A DNA stretch of 64,000 nucleotides from Granulosicoccaceae bacterium. GTDB lineage: Bacteria > Pseudomonadota > Gammaproteobacteria > CALCKW01. Positions 28,755 to 37,325 of this stretch are shown here, one piece after another. The DNA lies in contig JAWSVD010000029.1 in assembly GCA_033852095.1 (NCBI GenBank), forward strand, positions 78,077 to 142,076, read 5' to 3'. Both the position numbers and the translations under genes were made by a program. The notes beneath the pieces are model-generated. The model saw nothing but the letters and a program-made list of their open reading frames with translations, did no database searches and was not told the origin of the DNA. How positions within the stretch are numbered: position 1 is the stretch's first letter; each line of letters begins with the position of its first letter.

Positions 28755-29711
28755 TCAGTGTCGCCCTTGCTGCTCACGGCCATAGACCAACAGCATGCCG
28801 ACGATAACCGATCCGTAGATGATTTGGCGAAAGGCTTCTGGCATTTGCATGATGGACAACACCGAATTTAACAATACAATCAAGACCACGCCAACCAGCG
28901 TGCCAAGGTAACGCCCGCGCCCACCGAGTATGTGGGTTCCACCGAGTACCACGGCCGCTATTGCGGGCAGCAAGAAGGCGTTGCCCATGCCCTGATAGGC
29001 TTTGGCGCTGTAACCCGCCAGCAGTATCCCAGCGGTAGAGGCGCACAGGGATGAGATAACAAATGCGCCCACTATCACCCAGCGGGTGCGAATGCCCGAA
29101 AGAAAAGCAGCGCGCTCCTTTGCACCCGTGGCGTAGATGGATTTACCAAACCCAGTGCGAGTCAGGATGCCGGCGATCAGCAGAGACACACCCGCCCAGA
29201 CAAAAATAGCCACTGGCAGACCGAATAATCTGTCCGCTGCCAGATAGCGCATCAAGGGTGATGCTTCCGTCTGCGGGGCAAAACCGCCTGTGTGGGCAAC
29301 CATCAGCCCCCGCAACACGGAATCAACACCGAGTGTGAAAATCATTGACGGTATACGCAGACAGGAAACACCCAGCCCATTGATTACCCCGACCACTAAT
29401 CCCACAGCCAATCCCGCTGGTATGGCCCAGTCCCCTCCCACGGTAGTGGCCATCATGGCTGCAGCAGTCAGTGTCCAAGGTACAGACAAGTCAATGTGCC
29501 CCAGCAAGATCACCGTCATCATGCCCGCGGCACAGATGCCCAGGAACGCCCCTATTTGCAGTTGCAGCAGTAGATAGGCCGGCGACAACATCGGTGCTGT
29601 GCCCTGTGTGGTGAGCGTGTAGGCGGTACCCACCAGCACAATCGCAACGATAAAGAGCAGAGCAATAACAATGGGCCGATTTTCCGCCGACACACGATTG
29701 AACACATTCAT
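28755..29711 (-). CDS. Sugar ABC transporter permease (RbsC-like)
   Basis: GHIDLSV, IPSMIFTLG, FGKSIYATG, IAAVVLGGT.ILGGRG. Confidence 0.9.
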   Translation of the reverse strand: MNVFNRVSAENRPIVIALLFIVAIVLVGTAYTLTTQGTAPMLSPAYLLLQLQIGAFLGICAAGMMTVILLGHIDLSVPWTLTAAAMMATTVGGDWAIPAGLAVGLVVGVINGLGVSCLRIPSMIFTLGVDSVLRGLMVAHTGGFAPQTEASPLMRYLAADRLFGLPVAIFVWAGVSLLIAGILTRTGFGKSIYATGAKERAAFLSGIRTRWVIVGAFVISSLCASTAGILLAGYSAKAYQGMGNAFLLPAIAAVVLGGTHILGGRGRYLGTLVGVVLIVLLNSVLSIMQMPEAFRQIIYGSVIVGMLLVYGREQQGRH

Positions 29712-30751
29712 CGAAACAGCTCCAGTTTATTCTTCACTCTAAAAGTGCGCAGCGCCCCTAGGCTAACCGCCGCAAGTAATACAAGCCCTTCGATTAACGG
29801 TTGCAGCAGAGGGTCGATGGACACAATACGGAAATAAAAGGAGATCAACCGCAGAATACCCGCACCTATCAGCGAGCCAATGGCACCGCCAATGCCCCCC
29901 AATAATGACGTCCCTCCGAGCACAACTGCAGCGATGGAATTCAGCGTATAGGCCCCCGCCTGTGCCACATCGGCGTTCCCCGAGGAGGTCTGTATCGCAA
30001 GGTAGAGCCCCCCGCAGGATGCGAAAAAACCAGCCAGCGCAAAGGCCGCTATCTTGGCGCGCGCGACGGGCAGCCCCGAAGCATAGGCGGCGCCTTCAGC
30101 GGAACCTATCGCGTAGACTGTGCGACCGGTCAACGAGCATTTGAATGGGATCCAGACACCAAAGCCTATGACCAACAGGATGATCAAGGGCACAGGAATA
30201 CCGGCAAAGGGCTGCAGCCAAGCCGCGTGCCCATCGTCAGCCAAACCGTAAGTCTCGGCGAAATCGAAGACTGCGTTTGTCAGTGCCCAATTCAAATCGC
30301 CGTCGATATCGCCCCCAGGAGTGGGCCTGATCAGCAGTGCCAGACCCATGGCAATGGCACCGGTCGCCAATGTGGCGATGATCGGCTGAATACGTCCGTA
30401 CACCACAATCAAGCCGTTCATCAAACCAAATGCCGTCCCGACGGACAGCGTCAGAAGCATGCCAAGTAGCATTTGTGCGGGTGAGCCCGTGACCACGTGC
30501 GAGGCCACGGTGTTGGCCAATGTCATCACCGCGCCCACCGACAGATCAAGGCCACCCACCAACACCGGGATTGTCTGCGCCATCGCCACAAAGCCAATGG
30601 CCACACTTTCGTTGGCATTCTGCACAAAAACCGCGGTGGAGAAACCGCGCGGATGCAGCATGTGGTAACTGATAAAAAACACCGTGAACAGCAGCAGAGC
30701 CCCCGAAAAGGCCCTGTTACGCAGTATCACGGACTTAAACTGTCGCATCAC
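29708..30751 (-). CDS. Sugar ABC transporter permease (RbsC-like)
   Basis: GGLDLSVG, IQPIIATLA, GRTVYAIG, LNSIAAVVLGGTSLLGG. Confidence 0.9.
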   Translation of the reverse strand: MMRQFKSVILRNRAFSGALLLFTVFFISYHMLHPRGFSTAVFVQNANESVAIGFVAMAQTIPVLVGGLDLSVGAVMTLANTVASHVVTGSPAQMLLGMLLTLSVGTAFGLMNGLIVVYGRIQPIIATLATGAIAMGLALLIRPTPGGDIDGDLNWALTNAVFDFAETYGLADDGHAAWLQPFAGIPVPLIILLVIGFGVWIPFKCSLTGRTVYAIGSAEGAAYASGLPVARAKIAAFALAGFFASCGGLYLAIQTSSGNADVAQAGAYTLNSIAAVVLGGTSLLGGIGGAIGSLIGAGILRLISFYFRIVSIDPLLQPLIEGLVLLAAVSLGALRTFRVKNKLELFR

Positions 30752-32265
30752 GCCACGCTCCCCTCTTGAATGTTGAGTGAAGCTGCCACAATGGCCTCTT
30801 CTGTGAGTTTGTCCCCAGAGAGCTCACTCACCACTCGACCGTCGTAGATGATCGACACCCTGTCGCAGCAACCGATCAATTCGGCGTAGTCGGTTGAATA
30901 GAAAACAATCGCCTTTCCAGCGTCAGCGAGATCGCGCATAAGACTGTATATTTCCTGTTTGGTACCGACGTCGATACCGCGTGTTGGGTCGTTGAGCAAT
31001 ATCACATCGGGGTCCGACATCAACCACTTGGCAATCACGACCTTTTGCTGATTTCCCCCAGAGAGGGTATCTACAGCAACCATGGCACTCTCAGCTTTGA
31101 TGTGCAGTTTTTCGATAGCCTTGTCGACTACATCTCGCGCCAGAGAACGATCGATCAACGGCCCGCGCGAAACGCCCGCGTAATTGGGCAACAGTAAGTT
31201 ATCCGCAATCGATAACGGCAACATCAGACCCTCTGTTTTACGGTCTTCGGGCACCAACGCAATTGCCTTCGCTTTGCAGCGTGCAGGGTCACGTGGTTGA
31301 AAGCCTTTCCCTTTAAATTCGACTCGGCCTTTGACTCCACGCAACACGCCAAAGAGTGCGAGCAGAAGCTCTTTGTGGCCTTGCCCGTCCAGACCGCCAA
31401 GACCCACGATCTGGCCAGCAGCCACTTCAAGATCGATGCCTTTGAGTCGATCCTCCCAGCGCAAATCTGATACTTTCAATACCGGTTGATTGTTCTCTCT
31501 TGGCGGGGGCTTTGGCGGGTATTGCGCTTCTATATCGCGGCCGATCATCAATCGAACAATCTCCGCTTCGTTCAATTCACCCTTTCCAAAAGTCTGGATA
31601 TGCTGACCGTTGCGAAACACGGACAAGCGATCACACAGTGCTTCGACTTCATGCATGCGATGGCTGATAAAAAGACAGGCCACACCGTCAGCACGCAACT
31701 CGTTCAACAGGGCATAGACTGTTTTCACGTCGCCACTTGTCAGCGCAGACGTCGCTTCGTCCAGAATCAATACACGCGGTCGCTTGGAAATGGCTTTCGC
31801 TATCTCCACCATCTGCCGTCGTGACAGGCTCAGGTCCCGTACCAGCATGTCTGGATCCACATTGCCGCAGTTTATTCTGAGCAAAACCTCAGCAGCCATG
31901 CGGCGCTGAACCTTTTTGTCAATCAGCCCAAACCGCCGCGGCGGATTGTCTATGAATATATTGTCCGCAACCGACAGGTCGGGGATCAGTGAAAGCTCCT
32001 GAAAGATGCAAACGATGCCATCGGCTGTAGCCTCAGATGGAGAGCCGTATTGCACTGCCTGGCCGTTGACCAGCAGACTGCCTTCGGAGGGATCGAGCAC
32101 GCCCGACAGAATTTTGATGAGGGTCGATTTGCCCGCGCCGTTCTCACCGAGTATTCCGTGCACTTCTCCAAGATGGCAGGAGAAATTGACGTCCTTAAGC
32201 GCAGTGACTCCGCCAAAATAGCGCGAAACCCCTCGCAATTGGACGAATCCAACAGTATTGGACAT
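30748..32265 (-). CDS. Sugar ABC transporter ATP-binding protein (two NBDs, RbsA-like)
   Basis: [35 protein letters not shown]. Start reassigned to ATG 32265. Confidence 0.92.
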   Translation of the reverse strand: MSNTVGFVQLRGVSRYFGGVTALKDVNFSCHLGEVHGILGENGAGKSTLIKILSGVLDPSEGSLLVNGQAVQYGSPSEATADGIVCIFQELSLIPDLSVADNIFIDNPPRRFGLIDKKVQRRMAAEVLLRINCGNVDPDMLVRDLSLSRRQMVEIAKAISKRPRVLILDEATSALTSGDVKTVYALLNELRADGVACLFISHRMHEVEALCDRLSVFRNGQHIQTFGKGELNEAEIVRLMIGRDIEAQYPPKPPPRENNQPVLKVSDLRWEDRLKGIDLEVAAGQIVGLGGLDGQGHKELLLALFGVLRGVKGRVEFKGKGFQPRDPARCKAKAIALVPEDRKTEGLMLPLSIADNLLLPNYAGVSRGPLIDRSLARDVVDKAIEKLHIKAESAMVAVDTLSGGNQQKVVIAKWLMSDPDVILLNDPTRGIDVGTKQEIYSLMRDLADAGKAIVFYSTDYAELIGCCDRVSIIYDGRVVSELSGDKLTEEAIVAASLNIQEGSVA

Positions 32266-32292
32266 GGGTATTTGCCTCTTCAAGTAAGTAGA

Positions 32293-32318
32293 GAGGCGCA
32301 CTGCAATGAGTGCGCCTC
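32293..32318. promoter_or_regulatory. Intercistronic 10-bp stem-loop after the binding-protein gene
   Basis: gaggcgcact-gcaatg-agtgcgcctc. Position is typical of the mRNA-stabilising or attenuating hairpins in ABC operons. Confidence 0.6.
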
Positions 32319-32333
32319 GAGCACTAGCTTGTA

Positions 32334-33470
32334 TTAACCGAGGTCTGCTTCGTCTTGTGCCATGATGGCGGGACCTGTGATGTTCACACCACAGGGCGGG
32401 AACTCGTTGACGGTGAAGAAGTTATCGGGCAGGTCAGCCCAATAGTTCTTGCCCTCTTCGAGCTCCGCGTAGGTCGCCATGGGCAACGGGACAGATATCA
32501 ACTGCGGCATAACATTGCCCTCGAGCGCAGACACTGCCGCCTTCATCGCTATAGCAACAAGACCAGGCGACTGACCGATGGATATACCCTTGAGCCCCGC
32601 ATCGGCGTGTTCGGCCATCAATTTGCGATAGCCGTTCTCCGCCTCACCCGACACTGGCACCATGGGGTGACCGGCGTCGAGCATCGCCCGCACCACACCG
32701 GTGGTACCGCCCTGCGCCAGAATGGCATCAAACTCTCCGTGCACAGCGATAGCATCTGCCACGACCTTCTGTGCCGTGCCGTCATCCCACATGCCGTTGA
32801 CACTCACACGCTCCCACTCGCCACCGGATTCATCGAGCACCGCATTGATACCGATAGAGCGGTCACGGTCTACAGAGTTACCCGCCAGGCCACGCACCTC
32901 CAGCACTTTACCCGAGGTTTTTCCGATCTTCTTCAGCTCCGCCAATACATGCGTGGAATAGGCACGCCCCATGGCGAGCTGATCTTCGTTCACCTGCATG
33001 ACCTTGTCCGTGTCCAGCACATTATCAAAGGGCACCAACACCACATCATTTCGATCAGCCAATCGAATCACCCGATCGAAACCATCCGGGCTCACCGCAA
33101 TAGTGATGATCGCATCGTATCCCTGGTTGATAAAATCCTCGATGGCGCCGAGCTGCGCAGGAGCGTCAGTACCGGTGGACACAACTTTGAACTCGGAAAT
33201 CTGATCGGCAATGCTGGGATCTTTGGCGAAGGCCTTGGCCGTTTTGATCATTTGAATACGCCAAGTATTGCCCACAAAGCCATTGACCACGGCTATGCGG
33301 AAGGGACCTTCGCGCTCGCCCCATTGCATGTACTTGGTGCTCTCGTCCCACGGGGCAAAACAACCGGGGTTTGCACCGGGCCCTTCGACAATCGAAGGCC
33401 CCGCAACACTTGCCGATGAGAAGATAAGTGCGCCCGCAACTACAGATAAAAACCGTATTTCATTTTTCAT
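32334..33470 (-). CDS. Sugar ABC transporter substrate-binding protein
   Basis: Signal peptide, GNTWRIQM, FINQGYDAII, VLVPFDN, VRGLAGNSVD..R, class I periplasmic binding fold pattern. Confidence 0.85.
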   Translation of the reverse strand: MKNEIRFLSVVAGALIFSSASVAGPSIVEGPGANPGCFAPWDESTKYMQWGEREGPFRIAVVNGFVGNTWRIQMIKTAKAFAKDPSIADQISEFKVVSTGTDAPAQLGAIEDFINQGYDAIITIAVSPDGFDRVIRLADRNDVVLVPFDNVLDTDKVMQVNEDQLAMGRAYSTHVLAELKKIGKTSGKVLEVRGLAGNSVDRDRSIGINAVLDESGGEWERVSVNGMWDDGTAQKVVADAIAVHGEFDAILAQGGTTGVVRAMLDAGHPMVPVSGEAENGYRKLMAEHADAGLKGISIGQSPGLVAIAMKAAVSALEGNVMPQLISVPLPMATYAELEEGKNYWADLPDNFFTVNEFPPCGVNITGPAIMAQDEADLG

Positions 33471-33542
33471 TTGTATCTCCTTTTAGTGTGTAGGAGTTCG
33501 GTGCAGCTCAGTCATGTGGCTTCGCCGCGGACGCCTTATGAC

Positions 33543-34292
33543 TCAGTCACTGGCGCCTTCTTGTGCGTCGGGGCCCTCCTCAAACCGCTCGACTTTATTA
33601 AATTGCGCGTACCCCATTTCCAGATGGGTCTTCATACGATATTGATAGGCCAGACGATCACGTGTCTGCAGTGCATCGAGCACGCTTTCATGCTCACTGA
33701 ATGTGTCAGTTTCGAAGGTATGACGTGTTTTCCCCTTCAGCATGATGTTCAAAATCACCGGTTTCATCAGGCCGTAGACATCCAGAATCGCCTTATTACT
33801 CAGTACGCGGATCAAACGCGTGTGAAACAAAAAGTCCTGCTCGGAAGCCTCGTCTTTGCCTTCCGCAGCCTTCAACCCGGCGTTTATCTGGCGCAGTTCA
33901 ACGATGTCTTGATCGGTGATACGGTCGAATATTTCATCCACCGAGGAAACCTCCAACAAGATACGAAAGCCCTGAATATCCGAGAAAGTCGTACGGGAGA
34001 TTTCCATCACATTGAACGAAAACATATCCAGCGCCGACGCCATACGGTTGTCGACAATGGTCGCTCCCACTTTTGGCCGCACCTCGACCACACCGTAGGC
34101 TTTGAGAATGCGCATCGCTTCACGGACCGTGTTACGTGATGCACCGAAGGCCTCACACAGCTCGCGCTCGGTCGGCAACTGATCGCCGACAGTCAAACCC
34201 TTGTCACTGATGAGTTCACGCATTTGCAACACCACGTCATCCACAGCGGAGCGAGGCTCAGCTTTAACTGCACAGCCCTTCTGTCGACTCAT
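33543..34292 (-). CDS. GntR/FadR-family transcriptional regulator
   Basis: VGDQLPTERELCEAFGASRNTVREAM..L HTH, FCD domain with D..FH. Start reassigned to ATG 34292. Confidence 0.9.
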   Translation of the reverse strand: MSRQKGCAVKAEPRSAVDDVVLQMRELISDKGLTVGDQLPTERELCEAFGASRNTVREAMRILKAYGVVEVRPKVGATIVDNRMASALDMFSFNVMEISRTTFSDIQGFRILLEVSSVDEIFDRITDQDIVELRQINAGLKAAEGKDEASEQDFLFHTRLIRVLSNKAILDVYGLMKPVILNIMLKGKTRHTFETDTFSEHESVLDALQTRDRLAYQYRMKTHLEMGYAQFNKVERFEEGPDAQEGASD

Positions 34293-34380
34293 CTCTCGCC
34301 ACCCTCGATCATTGTTCTTTGCTGCGCGCCCACTGCCCAGGGCGCACATTCTCTCTTTTGCGTATCACTGCTTACTATCC

Positions 34381-34460
34381 TATTTGTCCTACAAATAAGA
34401 GTCAATACCTCCATAAATTGAATTTAACGCACGTATTCATGGGGTATTGACCAACAAATA
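34381..34460. promoter_or_regulatory. FadR-type operator sites
   Basis: Perfect TATTTGT-CCT-ACAAATA (34381-34397) fits the TxGT-N3-ACxA consensus. A degenerate second copy TATTGACCAACAAATA is at 34445-34460. Both lie between the divergent gntR and lactonase genes. Confidence 0.7.
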
Positions 34461-34538
34461 GGGATGCGACACACTGATCTACGCTGCAGGTGCTCAACTT
34501 GGCGCCCTGCATTACAACGCCTACTAGGGACTGCTGTT

Positions 34539-35444
34539 ATGAGTGAGAGCTGTTATGAAGTTCATGACCCACGCTTTGCCGGCCTGATCCACAGCAACGC
34601 TCGGGTTGAAGTGCTTTGGCAGGGGGGACGCTGGCTGGAGGGCCCTGCCTACTTCCCCGCAGGCCGCTATCTGGTCTGGTCTGACATTCCCAATGACCGA
34701 GTGATGAGGTGGGACGAAAACGACGGCCACGTCTCCGTGTTCAGCCAAGCTTGCAATAACCAGAACGGCCATACAGTGGACCTAGAGGGTCGACTCATCA
34801 GCTGTGAGCATCGCAGTCGATGCGTCAGCCGGATTGAACACGATGGGTCAATCACTGTTTTGGCCAGCGCTTTTGAGGGAAAGCGCCTGAACTCCCCCAA
34901 CGATGTGGTCGTGAAGTCGGATGGCTCGATCTGGTTTTCCGATCCCAGCTACGGCATCGACAGCGACTACGAGGGCGATGCAGCCCCTTCGGAAATTGGC
35001 AGCTGCAGCGTGTACCGCATCGATCCTTCAGGGCGCATTTCTCGCGTTGTCGACAACCTGGTGCAACCTAATGGCCTGGCCTTTTCCGCCGATGAGCGAC
35101 TGCTCTATGTTGCTGACACCGGAAAAACACACGAACCCAATTGCACACCGGCGATCTGGACCTACGCGGTCGAAAACGAGCGCTTAGGCCCAGGCCAACT
35201 GCTGATAGAAAGTGATGCAGGCCTGTTTGACGGGTTCCGCACAGACACTCAGGGAAACATTTGGACCTCGGCGGGTGATGGGGTTCACTGCTACGCGCCT
35301 GACGGCGCGCTGCTCGGGAAAATTTTGCTCGATGAAGTCGTTGCAAACCTTGTCTTTGGCGGCCCCAAAAAGAACCGCCTTTTTATCTGCGCGACAACCA
35401 CTTTACGCTCTGTCTACGTCAATGCCCGAGGCGCTGCTCGATAA
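34539..35444 (+). CDS. SMP-30/gluconolactonase family protein
   Basis: WLEGPAYF, WSDIPN, NQNGHT, LNSPNDVVV, PNGLAFS, DGFRTDTQGN. Start reassigned to ATG 34539. Confidence 0.9.
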   Translation: MSESCYEVHDPRFAGLIHSNARVEVLWQGGRWLEGPAYFPAGRYLVWSDIPNDRVMRWDENDGHVSVFSQACNNQNGHTVDLEGRLISCEHRSRCVSRIEHDGSITVLASAFEGKRLNSPNDVVVKSDGSIWFSDPSYGIDSDYEGDAAPSEIGSCSVYRIDPSGRISRVVDNLVQPNGLAFSADERLLYVADTGKTHEPNCTPAIWTYAVENERLGPGQLLIESDAGLFDGFRTDTQGNIWTSAGDGVHCYAPDGALLGKILLDEVVANLVFGGPKKNRLFICATTTLRSVYVNARGAAR

Positions 35445-35553
35445 GCTGAGAAGTCGGACAAAGCCCATAAACCAGGGGACTCCGCTGTCTTGGCATTGAC
35501 AGATCCAAGGTGGATTCAGTCAGTCTCTGCCAAGACACCGAGCGGGCAATCAC

Positions 35554-36126
35554 TTAAGCCAACGACGTCACCCGCAGCTGCGCCGAGTCTCTGAGCAAAT
35601 CAATGCTGCCTACCTCCACATCACTGATGGACGCATCGACGCGCGACCTGAGGTCTCGCAGCAGCTCCTCTCGGTGCTCCTGCTTCAGGTTATCGACCCG
35701 GTCATATACCACCACCCGAGAGAAACTCCGCGGCGCGAACAGCTGGGTCTCCGCACCCGCCACCATCAGGCACAAGAAGGCGTTCAACAGCGCGAGTTCG
35801 AGCAATGTGATGGGCCCGACCGCCGCCATCAGCGACATGACAATGACGATGAACAAATAGGTCATGTCCCGCAGGGATATGGCCTCGGTGCGGTACCGCA
35901 ACATGGAGAGCACGGCAAACAAACCGAAAGCAAAGCCCATCGATATGTCCACGTCGTGCATCAGCGCGCTGATGATGTAGACGCCGTGGCCAAAGAGGTA
36001 GAAGCCAAACATAGCATCTCGACTCGCTAAGTGCCGGAAATACACGACCCTCAGCAAAACAGTCAAGACAACAAAGTTGATTAAAAGTCGGAGAATAAAG
36101 TCTGAGGAAAGCGATTCACTGATCAC
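35554..36126 (-). CDS. DUF4956 membrane protein
   Basis: MGFAFGLFAVLSMLRYRTEAISLRDMTYLFIVI motif and C-terminal GSIDLLRD..L.V domain. Confidence 0.85.
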   Translation of the reverse strand: MISESLSSDFILRLLINFVVLTVLLRVVYFRHLASRDAMFGFYLFGHGVYIISALMHDVDISMGFAFGLFAVLSMLRYRTEAISLRDMTYLFIVIVMSLMAAVGPITLLELALLNAFLCLMVAGAETQLFAPRSFSRVVVYDRVDNLKQEHREELLRDLRSRVDASISDVEVGSIDLLRDSAQLRVTSLA

Positions 36127-36159
36127 TGTCTATCCCTTTTAAAGTTAAGTGGAGAAGGA

Positions 36160-36987
36160 TCACGCCGCCAGAGGGCGTGCAATTTTGTGGAACAAATTTC
36201 GTTTCAAATTTGCATCAGCGGTGTGGTACACGCCCATGCAATATTTACTGAAAGAGCATTGACGAATGCGGTGACGCTTGGCCCACTGGAAGAACGGTGA
36301 TTTTCGGCAGTGACTGCCCTGCTTCAGCTCCACCACAATCCACGGGCCAATATTCCAGTGCAAGTTGCGGCCGTGGGTGTCGCTGAAATCGAGGTTCACG
36401 TCAATCGTCAAGCGCTCACCCTGCGCTTCATTGGCCAGGGCAATGCGTTGATAACCGCTGGCCTGTACTTTCACGAGATCGTCCGGCTGCTCAAGCCCGC
36501 AGTCGCGCATAAATGCAAGCGAGGTCGGGGTGATGGCCCGGCTCGCAGAGCTGACCTTGATGCGTTGTTTGTTGGTGCGCTTTTTGTTGTTTTTAAATTT
36601 GACCTCCAAATACGATGTACCACTGTCCACGTAGGTTCTGCAACGCACTTTGTAGCGATTCACCTGGCCGTTGTGGTGCGCCGCGTAGAAAGCAAAATCC
36701 CGCGTGTCATAGTAGTCATTCATATAATCACAACAGCGCTTGCCATCAATTTCGAGCATGCTGTAGTGCACCTGCATGCTGTCGAGCAGATCAGGCAACA
36801 GCGCGCGCGGCACCACAAATTTACTGTCCACCCTGTCCATCAGAGCCGCGTTCTTGAGGTCTGCCAATCCGTGCCCTGTGTAGGCTTGAATTTCTGCCAC
36901 ACAATCCGCCGGGCCAGCTGCCGCTAGCGCCACAACGTCTTCGGTTTCGGCTTCGACCGAATGCTCAACACTTGTACAACTGTCCAA
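36160..36987 (-). CDS. VTC-domain (CYTH/polyphosphate polymerase-like) protein
   Basis: RVDSKF, YYDT, YKVRCRTY, YLEVKFK, YQRIAL, ERLTID, VELK and FSKY are the conserved CYTH/VTC tunnel residues. TTG start with AGGTGG RBS. Confidence 0.85.
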   Translation of the reverse strand: MDSCTSVEHSVEAETEDVVALAAAGPADCVAEIQAYTGHGLADLKNAALMDRVDSKFVVPRALLPDLLDSMQVHYSMLEIDGKRCCDYMNDYYDTRDFAFYAAHHNGQVNRYKVRCRTYVDSGTSYLEVKFKNNKKRTNKQRIKVSSASRAITPTSLAFMRDCGLEQPDDLVKVQASGYQRIALANEAQGERLTIDVNLDFSDTHGRNLHWNIGPWIVVELKQGSHCRKSPFFQWAKRHRIRQCSFSKYCMGVYHTADANLKRNLFHKIARPLAA

Positions 36988-37325
36988 AATCCCACCTATT
37001 CGAGAAGTTAAAGGGCTCCTGTCTGCTAGTCTTCAGGCCGCAGTGTGCACAGCTGTAAAATCAGCTGCCCTGAAATCAGACGGATTCAATCACTGACGTG
37101 ATCATGAATATTGTCGGTGTTATGCAGCGGAGCATCTCCGCTGCTGAAGTGATTTGCTGCAAGACACTCGCCCCGCAGCGGCCCTCATCACCGCCCTGCA
37201 AACTACCTTTGCGGTAGATTTATGCCACTGAAGGGCCGCTCGCCAGAAAATTTCTTAGCTCGCTCCCTTCAGCCTCCTAGATCCTGCTCCTATCGCCTGC
37301 CGCGCAGGCCCCAGCCGATCACTGA

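Noticed and set aside
28374-28871. 165-aa plus-strand ORF
   Set aside because: Overlaps the permease 3' end on the opposite strand and has no motif.
32355-33419. 354-aa plus-strand ORF
   Set aside because: Entirely antisense to the sugar-binding protein gene; shadow ORF.
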